NCBI GenBank assembly: GCA_963782055.1
Contig: CAWAIF010000003.1
Coordinates: 1,600,001-1,664,000, forward strand
Length of the DNA stretch: 64,000 nt
Direction of reading: 5' to 3'
From: an uncultured delta proteobacterium
GTDB taxonomy: Bacteria > Myxococcota_A > Polyangia > Polyangiales > Polyangiaceae
Below the pieces are notes generated by a model. The model was not told where the DNA came from. It made no database searches and was given only the letters and a program-made list of their open reading frames with translations. Below, piece by piece: positions 39,579 through 49,600 of the stretch; positions within the stretch are counted from its first letter, which is position 1, and every line of letters starts with the position of its first letter. The position numbers and the translations under genes were made by a program.

Positions 39579-39840
39579 GACTCACGAGGAAGCGAAGTGC
39601 ATGCCTCACCGGGGGACCGAGAAAGCCGCCTCCTCCGCGCGCCGGCCGTGCACCGCGTGCGCCTGGCGCGACGGGCGTGCGTGCCGGCGCCGCGGCTCGC
39701 GCGCTCACGCGTCGATCACCCCGCGCGCGCCTGGCGCCGCTTGAAGTCGATGTCCCCGCACCGTGAGGGTGTCGCGCCGCGAAGTCCGCGGGCGAGCTCG
39801 GTGGTCGCCAGCCGCTGCGCGCCGGTGCACAATGCGCGTC

Positions 39841-40824
39841 ATGCGACTGCTCGCTCGCGTCGTGACCGTGGCGCTCGTCTTGACGCTGGCCCGGGCGGCG
39901 AGCGCCGGGCCGGTGGTGCTCAAGGTGGGGACCCTGGCGCCGCCCGACTCGCCGTGGGGGCAGGTCTTCAAGGTGTGGAAGCGCGCGGTGCACCAGCGCT
40001 CCGCCGGCTCGGTGGAGCTGCAGTTCTTCTGGAACGGCTCGCAGGGCGACGACCGCGCGATGGTCGGGAAGATCCGCACCGGTCAGCTCGACGGCGCGAC
40101 CCTCGCGGCCGCCGGCCTCGGCGAGATCGACAAGCAGGTGCTCGTCCTGCAGCTCCCCGGCCTCTTTCGCGACTGGAGCAAGCTGGACGCCGCGCGCGCC
40201 GACATGCAGCCTGGGTTCGACGCTGCCTTCGCGAGTCAGGGCTTCAAGGTGCTCGGCTGGGGCGACGTCGGCCGCGCGCACTCCATGAGCCGCGGCTTCG
40301 AGGTGCGCGTCCCCTCCGACGTGAAGCACCACCACGTCTTTTACCTCCCCGGCGATCCCATCGCCCCCGTCGTGTTCTCCCTCATCGGCGACGTGACGCC
40401 GCGGCAGGTGGCCGTGCCGGAGATCCTCCCCGGCCTGAGCAACGGCAGCATCGACATGCTCACCGCCCCGCCGCTGGTGGCCGAGCAGCTCCAGTGGGCG
40501 AGCCGGCTGGACACCCTCGGCGACGAGGTCGCCGGCATCGGCATCGGCGCGCTCGTCTTCTCCTCGGCGCGCTACGCCAGCGTCCCCGCCGACGCCAAGA
40601 CGTTCCTCCTGCAGACCGGGCGCGTCGCCAGCCTCGCGCTCACCCGGCGCATCCGCGCGGAGGACGACGCCGCGCTCCGCCGGCTGCAGGCGCGCATGCA
40701 CCACTACTCGCTGACGCCGGCGGAGAAGGCGCAGTGGGAGCGCCTCTTCGTCCAGACGGCGAAGCACCTGCGCGGGGCGGTCTTCGACGCGCGCATCTTC
40801 GACGAGGCCGTCCGGCACAGGTGA
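39841..40824 (+). CDS. dctP: TRAP transporter substrate-binding protein (DctP family)
   Basis: Signal peptide; LKVGTLAPPDSPW; QGDDRAMVGKIRTGQLDG; GFKVLGWGDVG; VPEILPGLSNGSID. Confidence 0.85.
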   Translation: MRLLARVVTVALVLTLARAASAGPVVLKVGTLAPPDSPWGQVFKVWKRAVHQRSAGSVELQFFWNGSQGDDRAMVGKIRTGQLDGATLAAAGLGEIDKQVLVLQLPGLFRDWSKLDAARADMQPGFDAAFASQGFKVLGWGDVGRAHSMSRGFEVRVPSDVKHHHVFYLPGDPIAPVVFSLIGDVTPRQVAVPEILPGLSNGSIDMLTAPPLVAEQLQWASRLDTLGDEVAGIGIGALVFSSARYASVPADAKTFLLQTGRVASLALTRRIRAEDDAALRRLQARMHHYSLTPAEKAQWERLFVQTAKHLRGAVFDARIFDEAVRHR

Positions 40825-40886
40825 CCGCGTCGAAGGACCGCGTCGACAAAGTGGATACGCCGCCGTGCCCTCGGTATGCTTCCCCC

Positions 40887-41114
40887 ATGGCGACGATCGA
40901 GTGTCCCTCGTGCGGCGGCTCCGGCGGCGGTCCCTTCGGCCCCGCGGGCAGCGCGTGGGACGACGAGGCGTACGTCTGCCCGCGCTGTCAGGGCGCCGGC
41001 AGGATCGCGGCGACGCCCGGCCTGCGGTCGATGCCCAGCCGTCCGCCGGTGGCCAAGGCCTCGCCCGCGCCCGCCGCCGCGAAGCCCGCCAAGAAGGCCG
41101 CGAGCGAGGACTGA
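40887..41114 (+). CDS. Small DnaJ-type zinc-finger protein (75 aa)
   Basis: CPSCGGSG and CPRCQGAG (two CxxCxGxG); TATGCT 6 nt before the ATG; last part of ORF 38919..41114. Confidence 0.7.
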   Translation: MATIECPSCGGSGGGPFGPAGSAWDDEAYVCPRCQGAGRIAATPGLRSMPSRPPVAKASPAPAAAKPAKKAASED

Positions 41115-41118
41115 CGGT

Positions 41119-42669
41119 TCACGCCTCGGCCGCGCGCCGGTCGTGGGCCTCCAGGGCGAAGCGGAAGCTCACGCGCGCCACGCGGAAGCAGAGCGGCCGC
41201 GCGTCGCCGGCGATGGCGTGCGCCGCGCGGGAGATCACCTCCCCCTCCATCGGCTCGCACGCCTCCAGCGGGATGCCCAAGGCAATCTCCTGCCGCGAGA
41301 CGCGCCGGCGCAGCGGCTGGCTGCTCATCGCGCGGTCCTGCGGCACGCAGTAGGCGAGGAAGGCGCGGAAGTCCGGCCAGCACTCGGCCCACGCGCCGGT
41401 CATCGCCGGCGTCTCGCACGGACGGAGGAGCAGCTCGGCGTCGGGCGCGGAGCCCCCACCCGGGTCCAGCGTCACGCGCAGCGCCGCGCCTTCGTGGCGC
41501 ACCTCCCCGCGCCGGAGCACGTGCATCGGCATCCCCTCGGTGAGCATGCGCGCCGCGAGCGCCTGCGGCGTGTTGGTGATGGCGTTGGTGAGGAAGGTGA
41601 TCCCCTCCTGGCCGGTCTCCGGGTCCCGCACGTGGATGCGCCAGTTGGTCTGCACCGGCGACGGGAAGAGCCTGCGCAGCGGGCCGAGGAAGGCGAAGCC
41701 GAAGTGCCCGTGCTGGTAGGTGAGGAAGGTGAAGAGCGCGTGCTCCCCGCGCGGCCCGAGGCGCTGCAGCTCCAGTCCGGGCGGCACCAGCGCCGCCGCC
41801 TTCTCCGCCGGGACGAGGTAGTTGACGTAAACCACGTCGGTGATGTCGCTCCGCATCGGCACCTCCGGCAGCGGCTCGAGCAGCGCGCCGAAGAGCCGGC
41901 TGTTGGCGAAGGCGTCGCAGAGCCGCGCGAGGGCTCCGGAGCCCGGGTGACGCCACCTCGCGAGGCGGCCGAAGGGCTCGTCGGGCCGCGCGCGCCGGAG
42001 CACCGCCTCCGTGACCAGCCCGAGCCACACCTGGAGCTGGAGGAACCCCAGGCCGTTGGCCGCCGAGACGAACGTGGCAGTCGGCCGGTGCTCCACCGGC
42101 AGGAGCGGCGCGAGCACCGCGACGAGCATCGTCGTCCAGAGCGGCACGCTGAGCAGCCCCAGCGCGCGCGACCACACCCCGCCCCCTGCGAAGCACCATG
42201 TCCAGCCGAGCGCGGCGAGGGTGTACAGGAGCGCGCCCCACCCGGCGGTGAGCGGGAAGATCGCCCGCTCCAGCGCCAGGTACGCGGCGTGGTCGGTCTG
42301 CGCCAGCGCCACCCCGCGCGTGACCCACACGGCCTGCGCGTACTGATCGGGCACGACCGCGGCGACAGTGAAGATCACCACCAGGACTCGCGCGGCGCGC
42401 GGCATCCACCGCACCCGCGCCATGGCGAGCGCGAGCAGGAGGTCGGCGAGCGCGCACGCCTGCCACGGCAGCCAGCCCAGTCGGAAGCGCCACGGGTGCG
42501 CGGCGATGCTCGCCACGCGCGCGGCGTCGTCCGGAGCGGTCCCGCCGGGCAGCGCCGGCAGCAGCAGCAGCGCCATGGAGAGCAGGGCGACGCCGTGCAC
42601 CACGAAGTTGAAGAGCAGCGCCCGCTCCAGCGCGCGGTCAGCCGGCGTGTAGGCGTGCGGCCCGCGCAT
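41119..42669 (-). CDS. Multi-TM protein fused to DUF2071/acetoacetate-decarboxylase-like domain
   Basis: About 6-7 hydrophobic helices, then DVVYVNYLVP..ALVPPGLEL..QTNWRIHV..GITFL. Confidence 0.7.
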   Translation of the reverse strand: MRGPHAYTPADRALERALLFNFVVHGVALLSMALLLLPALPGGTAPDDAARVASIAAHPWRFRLGWLPWQACALADLLLALAMARVRWMPRAARVLVVIFTVAAVVPDQYAQAVWVTRGVALAQTDHAAYLALERAIFPLTAGWGALLYTLAALGWTWCFAGGGVWSRALGLLSVPLWTTMLVAVLAPLLPVEHRPTATFVSAANGLGFLQLQVWLGLVTEAVLRRARPDEPFGRLARWRHPGSGALARLCDAFANSRLFGALLEPLPEVPMRSDITDVVYVNYLVPAEKAAALVPPGLELQRLGPRGEHALFTFLTYQHGHFGFAFLGPLRRLFPSPVQTNWRIHVRDPETGQEGITFLTNAITNTPQALAARMLTEGMPMHVLRRGEVRHEGAALRVTLDPGGGSAPDAELLLRPCETPAMTGAWAECWPDFRAFLAYCVPQDRAMSSQPLRRRVSRQEIALGIPLEACEPMEGEVISRAAHAIAGDARPLCFRVARVSFRFALEAHDRRAAEA

Positions 42670-42768
42670 GCGCGCGATTGTGGCCCGCCGGCCGCCCCGA
42701 TGAAAGGCCATCGGCCAGCGCCGGAGCGTCCTCCGGTGCGCGCGCCCGCGAGCCCTGACCTCCGCGGG

Positions 42769-43716
42769 TCAGGTCGTGCGCGGCACCAGCGGAGGCGCGG
42801 GACGCTCCGACTCCAGCTGTCCGCGCAGGAAGATGGCCAGCGCGACGATGGCGACGCCCAGCATGAGGTAAAGCGCCTGGGAGGCGAGAAAGGCGTGCAT
42901 CATCACCGCCCACACCAGCGTCCAGATCACCAGGCCGGTGCCCGCCACGGCGGAGACTGTCGCGCCGGACGAGCGTCGCCGCAGCGCCTGGACACCGCCG
43001 AGCAGGTGGCCGCACCCGAGGAGGAAGAAGAGGAGCAGGCCGGGCACGAGGAAGTCGGCGAAGGGGGAGCGCGAGAGCACGTCCAGCGGGGCCTGGATGA
43101 GTGAGCCGTCCGGGCGCAGCACCAGCGCGCCGCCGCCGAAGAGGGCGCCGGCGGCCACGAAGAGGTCCAGCACGCCGAGCAGCACCCAGCCGAAGAGGGC
43201 CTCCTGCAGTCGCTGGGCGCCGAGGGGGCGCGCCTCCGGCAGCGTCCGCCTGATCTCCGCCGCGAAGGCGCGCACGTGCTCCGGCCGTCGCCAGTCGCCG
43301 GCGTGCGTCTTGGCCATCGCCGACGCGATGAAGCCGTGGGCGTCGGGCGTCAGGCGGCCGCCGAAGGTGGCGTGGCCCTGCGCCCCGACCTTGCGCATCA
43401 GCGCCTGGACCTGCTTGGTCGGCGGGATGTCGCCCTGCTCGGCCGAGTCGTCGAGCGGGCCGCTCGAGAAGAACCACACCGGCACATGGCGCAGCACATG
43501 CTCGCGCCGGGTGACGAAGCGACGAGCGTCGCGGTGCCAGCGGTTGGCGTAGAGCGCGCCTCCCACCACCGCCGCGTCGAAGCCGGTCGCGCCGAGCGCC
43601 TCATCCGCGGGGAGGAGATCGACCTCCATCCCAGCTTGTTCCAGATCGTCCGCCAGCCAGCGGGCAATCCCCTCGGTCCCGCCGCGCTTGGAGCCCCACG
43701 TGATGAGAACGCGCAT
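42769..43716 (-). CDS. HemG-like flavodoxin domain plus C-terminal TM domain
   Basis: MRVLITWGSKRGGTEGIA, FDAAVVGGALY, VWFFSSGPL, TFGGRL, GDWR; about 4 TM helices at the C-terminus; GGAGG RBS. Confidence 0.85.
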   Translation of the reverse strand: MRVLITWGSKRGGTEGIARWLADDLEQAGMEVDLLPADEALGATGFDAAVVGGALYANRWHRDARRFVTRREHVLRHVPVWFFSSGPLDDSAEQGDIPPTKQVQALMRKVGAQGHATFGGRLTPDAHGFIASAMAKTHAGDWRRPEHVRAFAAEIRRTLPEARPLGAQRLQEALFGWVLLGVLDLFVAAGALFGGGALVLRPDGSLIQAPLDVLSRSPFADFLVPGLLLFFLLGCGHLLGGVQALRRRSSGATVSAVAGTGLVIWTLVWAVMMHAFLASQALYLMLGVAIVALAIFLRGQLESERPAPPLVPRTT

Positions 43717-43743
43717 GGTCGAGCCTCCACTAACCCTGCGTTT

Positions 43744-43759
43744 TGCAAGACCGGGGCCG
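43744..43759 (-). promoter_or_regulatory. Putative sigma54 promoter
   Basis: CGGCCCCGGTCTTGCA (GG-N10-GC with TTGCA), 27 nt upstream of the flavodoxin ATG. Confidence 0.45.
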
Positions 43760-43953
43760 CCGCGTTGCCCAGGAAACTCGCGCGCGAAGGCCGCCCTTTC
43801 GGGCAGGGAATGCGCGGGTGCGACCCCTTTGCATCGGTGTGGCAAGCTTGCCTCCGGAGTGCGAAAAGGCGCGCGCTGGTGCGGGTGTGTGCGCCTCGCT
43901 CCCCACGCTTCGGGCGCGAATCAAGGCGCCGGAGGTGGTAGCCTGGTTGTCCA

Positions 43954-46671
43954 GTGCCAGGTCCTGCCCGCAAAGAAGACACGGCTGCCACCCAGCGCGT
44001 CGGGACGACGCTCAAGGGCAAGTGGCACCTCGACGCGCTGCTCGGCGTCGGAGGCATGGCGACGGTCTACGCGGCGACCCACCGCAACGGTCAGCGCGCC
44101 GCGCTGAAGATCCTGCACGGCGATTTTGCACGCGACCGCGCCATCATCGATCGCTTCCTGAAGGAGTCGTACGTCTCCAACAAGATCGGCCACGAGGCGT
44201 GCGTCCGCGTCCTGGACGACGACGTGACCGACGAGGGCGAGCCCTTCCTCATCATGGAGCTGCTGGAGGGCAAGACGGTCGGCCAGCTCTGGAAGAGCCA
44301 CGGCCGGCGGATGCCCCTGTTGAAGGCGCTGGAGATCGCCGAGGCGGTCTGCGACTGCCTCCAGGCCTGTCACGCGGTGGGCGTCATCCACCGCGACCTC
44401 AAGCCGGCCAACGTCTTCATGACCAACGAGGGGCAGGTCAAGGTGCTGGACTTCGGCGTGGCCCAGTTCCACGACGCCGGCAGCGAGCGCACCGTCGCAG
44501 GGACCGCGCTGGGCACGCCCTCGTACATGTCGCCGGAGCAGGCGATGGGCCTCTCCAAGGACCTGGACGGCCGCACCGACCTCTTCTCGGTGGGCGCCAT
44601 GCTCCACGCCATGATCACCGGCCAGCGCATCAACCAGGGCCGGACCGAGGCGGAGGCGCTCGTCGTCGCCTCGACCACGCCGGTGCCGTCGGTCGCGCGC
44701 ATCGCGCCGGACCTCCCCATCGAGCTCATCCAGCTCATCGACAGGTCGCTCGCCTTCGACCGCCGCAACCGCTACGGCGACGCCCGCGAGATGCAGCAGG
44801 CGATCGCCGAGGTGCTCGGCTCCCTCTCGCGCGGCGTGCGCCTCCCGGACTCCGTCAGCCCGCAGGCGGCCCCGTCGGTCCGGCCTTCGGTGCCGGCCGC
44901 GGGCCCCGGCGCGTCGCGCCCGCCGTCGCAGGTGCCGTCGGTCTCCGGCTCGGTGGAGGTGCAGGTCCCGGAGGACGACCCGCGCGTCGGCCACGCGCGC
45001 GACGTGACCAAGCACATCGAGCGCGTGCTGCCCAACGTGCGGCAGTTCGGCTGGGACCACCCGGCGACCGAGCGCGTGCTGCGCACCGCCTTCGAGGGCG
45101 TCGCCGAGACGCTCTCCAGGGCGCGCGAGCCGGTCGAGCTCTCGGTGCGGCCCTACTCGATGCTCTCCTTCGGCCACACCGCCTGGGAGCCGACCGCGCC
45201 GTGGGACTCCATCCCCTACAACCTCTTCACCTGCGGCATGCGCGCGCTGCGCGTGGTGCCCGGCATCACCATCGAGGAGCTGCGCTCGCTGCTGGAGACG
45301 ATGATGCTGGACCCCGGCCGCGACCTGCCGCCGGAGGACGACATCGTCACCGCCTTCTGGGAGAAGGCGCTGCCGCACGTGGAGTACGACGTGGCCGACG
45401 CCTTCGCCGAGGGCGACGCCGCCGCGCGCGAGGCCTTCTACGACGAGTCGGATCGCCTGGAGCACGCCGCCGCGCAGGCCCAGCAGGCGAAGGTGAGCGC
45501 GCTGGAGGCGCGGGCGATGGCGGTGGCCACCGACCGCGACCGCCTCTCCGCCGTGGGGGGCGCCACCGCGATGAGCCTGGAGGACGCGATGAAGGCGGCC
45601 TACGCGACGCAGCTCGACGTCGCGTCGGAGGAGTGGAGCGATCGCTACGTGGACGCCATCGTGGAGGGTCTGGTCGACGCGGTGAAGCGGCGCGAGCCGG
45701 ATCTGGTGCTCGGCTCTCTCCGCCGCTCCAGCGCCAACCTGCTTGTCGCCGGCCGCGTGGAGATCGTGGCCGGGCTGCTGACCTCGCTCTGCGCGCGCGT
45801 CGAGCGGCGGGCCGCGCCGAAGGAGCGGGCAGCGCTGCAGGCCGCGCTCACATCCACCCTCTTCGGCGGCGAGCCGCTGGAGATCGCGCTGCGCAAGCTC
45901 GCCGAGGACCCGGCGAAGGTGGACGCCTTCGCCGGCGTGCTGCGCACGCTCCCGGCGTCGGAGCTCCCCCGCCTGCTCTCCGCGCTCGGCCAGCCCTGTC
46001 CGGACCCGCTCGCCGCGTGCATCCTGGAGTTCGTCGCGCGCCACCTCGCCGGTCACGAGGAGGACGTGGCCAAGGTGGCCGCCGGCGCGCCCCCGGAGGT
46101 GCGCACGCGGATGCTGGAGATGCTGGTCGGCGCGCAGACGCAGGGCGCGCGCGCCGCGCTGGGCCGCCTGGCCGAGGTGGAGGACCCCGCGCTGCGCGTG
46201 GAGGTGCGCATCCTCACGGCCGGCGGCGCCGACCAAATCCGGCAGGAGCTGAGCACCCTCTTCGAGCAGGGCTCCGCCGTCGTGCGCGTCGGCGCGCTGC
46301 GCACGGTGGTCAAGCACGGGGTGCGCGCGGCGTGGCCCGCGGTCAAGCGCGCCTACGACAAGCCCGGCTTCCACGACCTCGGCGCCGACGAGCGGCGCGA
46401 GCTGCTCCGCGCGCTGGTGGCGCTCTCGCCGGACCACGGCGAGCCCGTGGCGCTGGAGCTGCTGAAGAAGGGCGGCCTCTTCCGCTCGGAGGCGAAGGAG
46501 ACGTCGCGCACCATCGCCGCGGAGGTGCTGGGCGAGCTCTCCAGCTCCCCGGAGGTCCTGGCCGCGCTCGAGGATGTCTCGCAGTCCCGCTGGAGCGCCT
46601 CGGAGGGGACGCGCAACGCCGCGCACGCCGCGGCCGAGCGCATCCGCGCCTCGCAGGGGGCGCCCTCGTGA
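43954..46671 (+). CDS. Ser/Thr kinase fused to HEAT-repeat region
   Basis: LGVGGMATVY, ALKIL, HRDLKPAN, DFGVA, GTPSYMSPE; C-terminal HEAT-like helices (DPALRVE, AVVRVGAL). Confidence 0.9.
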   Translation: MPGPARKEDTAATQRVGTTLKGKWHLDALLGVGGMATVYAATHRNGQRAALKILHGDFARDRAIIDRFLKESYVSNKIGHEACVRVLDDDVTDEGEPFLIMELLEGKTVGQLWKSHGRRMPLLKALEIAEAVCDCLQACHAVGVIHRDLKPANVFMTNEGQVKVLDFGVAQFHDAGSERTVAGTALGTPSYMSPEQAMGLSKDLDGRTDLFSVGAMLHAMITGQRINQGRTEAEALVVASTTPVPSVARIAPDLPIELIQLIDRSLAFDRRNRYGDAREMQQAIAEVLGSLSRGVRLPDSVSPQAAPSVRPSVPAAGPGASRPPSQVPSVSGSVEVQVPEDDPRVGHARDVTKHIERVLPNVRQFGWDHPATERVLRTAFEGVAETLSRAREPVELSVRPYSMLSFGHTAWEPTAPWDSIPYNLFTCGMRALRVVPGITIEELRSLLETMMLDPGRDLPPEDDIVTAFWEKALPHVEYDVADAFAEGDAAAREAFYDESDRLEHAAAQAQQAKVSALEARAMAVATDRDRLSAVGGATAMSLEDAMKAAYATQLDVASEEWSDRYVDAIVEGLVDAVKRREPDLVLGSLRRSSANLLVAGRVEIVAGLLTSLCARVERRAAPKERAALQAALTSTLFGGEPLEIALRKLAEDPAKVDAFAGVLRTLPASELPRLLSALGQPCPDPLAACILEFVARHLAGHEEDVAKVAAGAPPEVRTRMLEMLVGAQTQGARAALGRLAEVEDPALRVEVRILTAGGADQIRQELSTLFEQGSAVVRVGALRTVVKHGVRAAWPAVKRAYDKPGFHDLGADERRELLRALVALSPDHGEPVALELLKKGGLFRSEAKETSRTIAAEVLGELSSSPEVLAALEDVSQSRWSASEGTRNAAHAAAERIRASQGAPS

Positions 46672-49600
46672 CGCAGGCCGCGCGCGTCAACATCGTCTCC
46701 AACAACGCCGGCGATCTCGTCCGCCGCGAGCACGCCCGCGATCTCGGGGCGAGCGTGGTCGTGGCGATCTACCGTCTCGCCAAGCTCGCCAAGCTCCACG
46801 ACCTCGGCAACGAGGCCCTCCGGCGGCAGCTCGAGCAGACGCGCGACGCGATCCACGACTACTGCCTGCGCGCCGGCACCGACGTGGACGTCCTCTTCGC
46901 GCACCGCGCCGTCTTCGTGGCGGGGCAGCTCCTCAAGGGCTCGCGCGGGATCTACGACTCGGCGGCGGAGCTGGGCGAGATCCTCGCCTGGTGCGGCGGC
47001 TCGGAGCTGGCCATCACCCGCGACGTCACGCTGGAGGATCTCCACGCCTTCGCCGAGGCGGTCTCGGCGGCCATGCGGGCAGAGCGCGGCAGCTTCCGCT
47101 CCCCGGCGAAGAGCATCCGCCTGCGCCCGGTGGCCGAGGCGGCGCGCGTGCGCGGCCTGGAAGTCGAGCGCCTCCCCTTCGAGCAGCGCGTCGTGCGCAC
47201 CTACGCCTCCGCGGTGGTGATCATGCGTCGCTTCTTGGAGGACCTGGAGGCGGGCCGCTACGTGCTGCCCAAGCGGGTGAAGCGCGTCGCGCAGAACCTG
47301 GTGGACCTCTCGGAGGGCGGCACCGCCGCCTTCCTCGGCGTGACCGAGATGCGCAACGCCAACACCGACGACGCCGGTCGTGCGGTCAACGCGGCCATCC
47401 TCTCGGTGCTGGTGGCGCGCCAGCTCACCGGCGACCGCGCCGCGCTCGCCCACGTGGCGATGGCGGCGATGATGCACGACGTGGGGCGCCCGCGCGCCAC
47501 CGCGCACGCGGCGAAGTCGCTCGGCATCGCGCGCGTGCGCCTGAGTGAGGACGAGGAGGACGCCCTGCCCGCCGGCACCGCGGCGGTGCTCACGGCCCTC
47601 GGACGCCTCAACGACGCCTCCATCCGCCGCACCGTCATCACCTTCGAGGCGCTCTCCCTGCGCCGCGCCGCGAGCATCGGGCCGCCCTACCGCGGCGCGC
47701 GGCAGGCCACGCTCCACGCCCGCATCCTGCGGGTGGTGCGCCGCTACAACGAGCTCATGGTGCCGGACCCGGGGCTCCCCTCGCCGGCGCCGGACCACGC
47801 CATCGCCAGGCTCTCCGTCGAGCTGACGGAGCCGGCGGACCAGACCGTCCTGCGCATGCTGGTCGCGGCGCTCGGCACCTATCCCATCGGCACCGCGTTG
47901 CAGCTCTCCGGCGGGGAGGTGGTGGAGGTGGTCAAGGGCGGTCCCCGCCCGCGCGTGCGCGTGGTGATGGACGCGCGGGGCGCGGTCGCGAGACAGGCGG
48001 TCGAGATCGACCTGTCCGCGCGGCCGGAAGTGACTGTGCTTCGCGTCCTCGGCACCGAGGGCTGGCGGAAGGGGGAGGGCGCGGTGCTGGAGGGCGAGAC
48101 GCCGTCGTCGGTCCAGCCGCCCAGCCAGCGCAGCGCCTCCATCTCACGCGAGCGCCGCGTCGATCCTTCGGCGCCGCCCTCCGCCCCGTCGCGGCCCTCC
48201 TTCACCAACGAGCCCTCCTTCAACACCGGACCTTCGTCCCCCTCGCTAGGCACCACGCCCTCCGGGGTGGTGGACGCGATGGGGAGCCGCGACGAGAGCG
48301 AGGACTCACCCAACATCATCGAGACCGACGACGAGGGCCGCACGGTGCTCGCGCCGTCGCCCTTCGCCAGCGACAATCGCTCCGTCGCCGCCGTGCGGCA
48401 CGGCGCGACCGCCGTCGGGCACATCGCGACGACGCCTGTCGTGCACATCTTCGTCTACGTGCTCGAGCGCGGGCTCACCGGCAGCGTGGAGCTCACCGAG
48501 CCGACGGGTGAGCGTCACCAGCTACGCTTCCTCGAGGGTGGGCTCGTCAAGGTGAAGACGGGCCGCACGGTGGCGCCGCTCGCGAAGGAGCTGGTCGCCG
48601 CCGGCCTCCTCACCGACGCCGCCGCCGCCATGTCGGTCGCGCAGTCGAAGGCATCGAGCACGCTGCTCGGCGAGTTCTTGGTGCAGCGCAAGCTGGTCAG
48701 CCGCGAGGACGTCGCCCTCGCGCTCGCCCGGCAGGCGCGCCGCAAGCTCGCTGCCATCGTCAACCTGCCCGCGCACACCATGTACGCCTTCTACGGCGAC
48801 CAGGACCTGCTCGGCGACTGGGCGGGCCAGGGGACGGAGGTGGAGCCCATCGGCACCGTCCTCGCCGCCGCGCGCGCGTGGAACAATCGCGCCCGCATCC
48901 GCGCCACGCTCCAGCGCATCGCCGCCCACCCCATGCGCGTGCACCCCAGCTCCACCATCGACATGGTGGACATGACCGACGCGGAGCGCGCGGTGCTCGC
49001 CGTCATCCGCGAGCGCGAGCCGGTGCTCTCCGAGCTGTTCGCCGTGCCCGGGCTGGCGGAGGAGGCGGTCGCCTCGCTCGCCTACACCCTCGCCGTCACG
49101 CGACACGTCGTGCTCCCCGGGCAGCGCGGGGGGCCGATGGCCCTGGAGGGCAGCGCGCGGCTGTCGCGCGCGCCGGCGCCGGCGGCCGGCGAGCGGACGG
49201 TGGGCGGCGCGGATCGCACGGTCGCCATCTCCTCGCAGCGGACGCTGGCGGTGCGCCTGCGCGACGACGACGCGACGCTCGCCCGCGCCAGCGCCGCCTC
49301 CGCGCCGCCCCCTTCGGGTCGAGATCTCTCCGGCCCGCCGGCCTCGGCGCGAGGTACGTCGCCGTCGCCCGCGCCCGTCTCGGTGCGCTCGCCCGGTCCG
49401 CCGCCGTCCATTCGCGAGCGCGCCTCCGCGTCGCCGCCCCTGCCCGCCATGCCGCCGCCGCCCCCGTCCTCGCGCGCCGTGGCCCCGACGCCCCCGGCTT
49501 CCTCTCGCGCGGTCGCACCTCCGCCGCCGCCCTCCGCCCGCGACATGGTGCCGCCGGCCCCGCCGTCGATGCGCGACGTGCCGCCGGCGCCGACATCCTC

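Noticed and set aside
43839..43853. TGGCAAGCTTGCC as a sigma54 promoter for the kinase
   Set aside because: Spacing is not GG-N10-GC; it is only a short palindrome
43743..46667. Apparent 2097-aa giant ORF 43743..50036
   Set aside because: The first ~975 codons are an off-frame overlap of the kinase gene; protein-like sequence starts at GTG 46668
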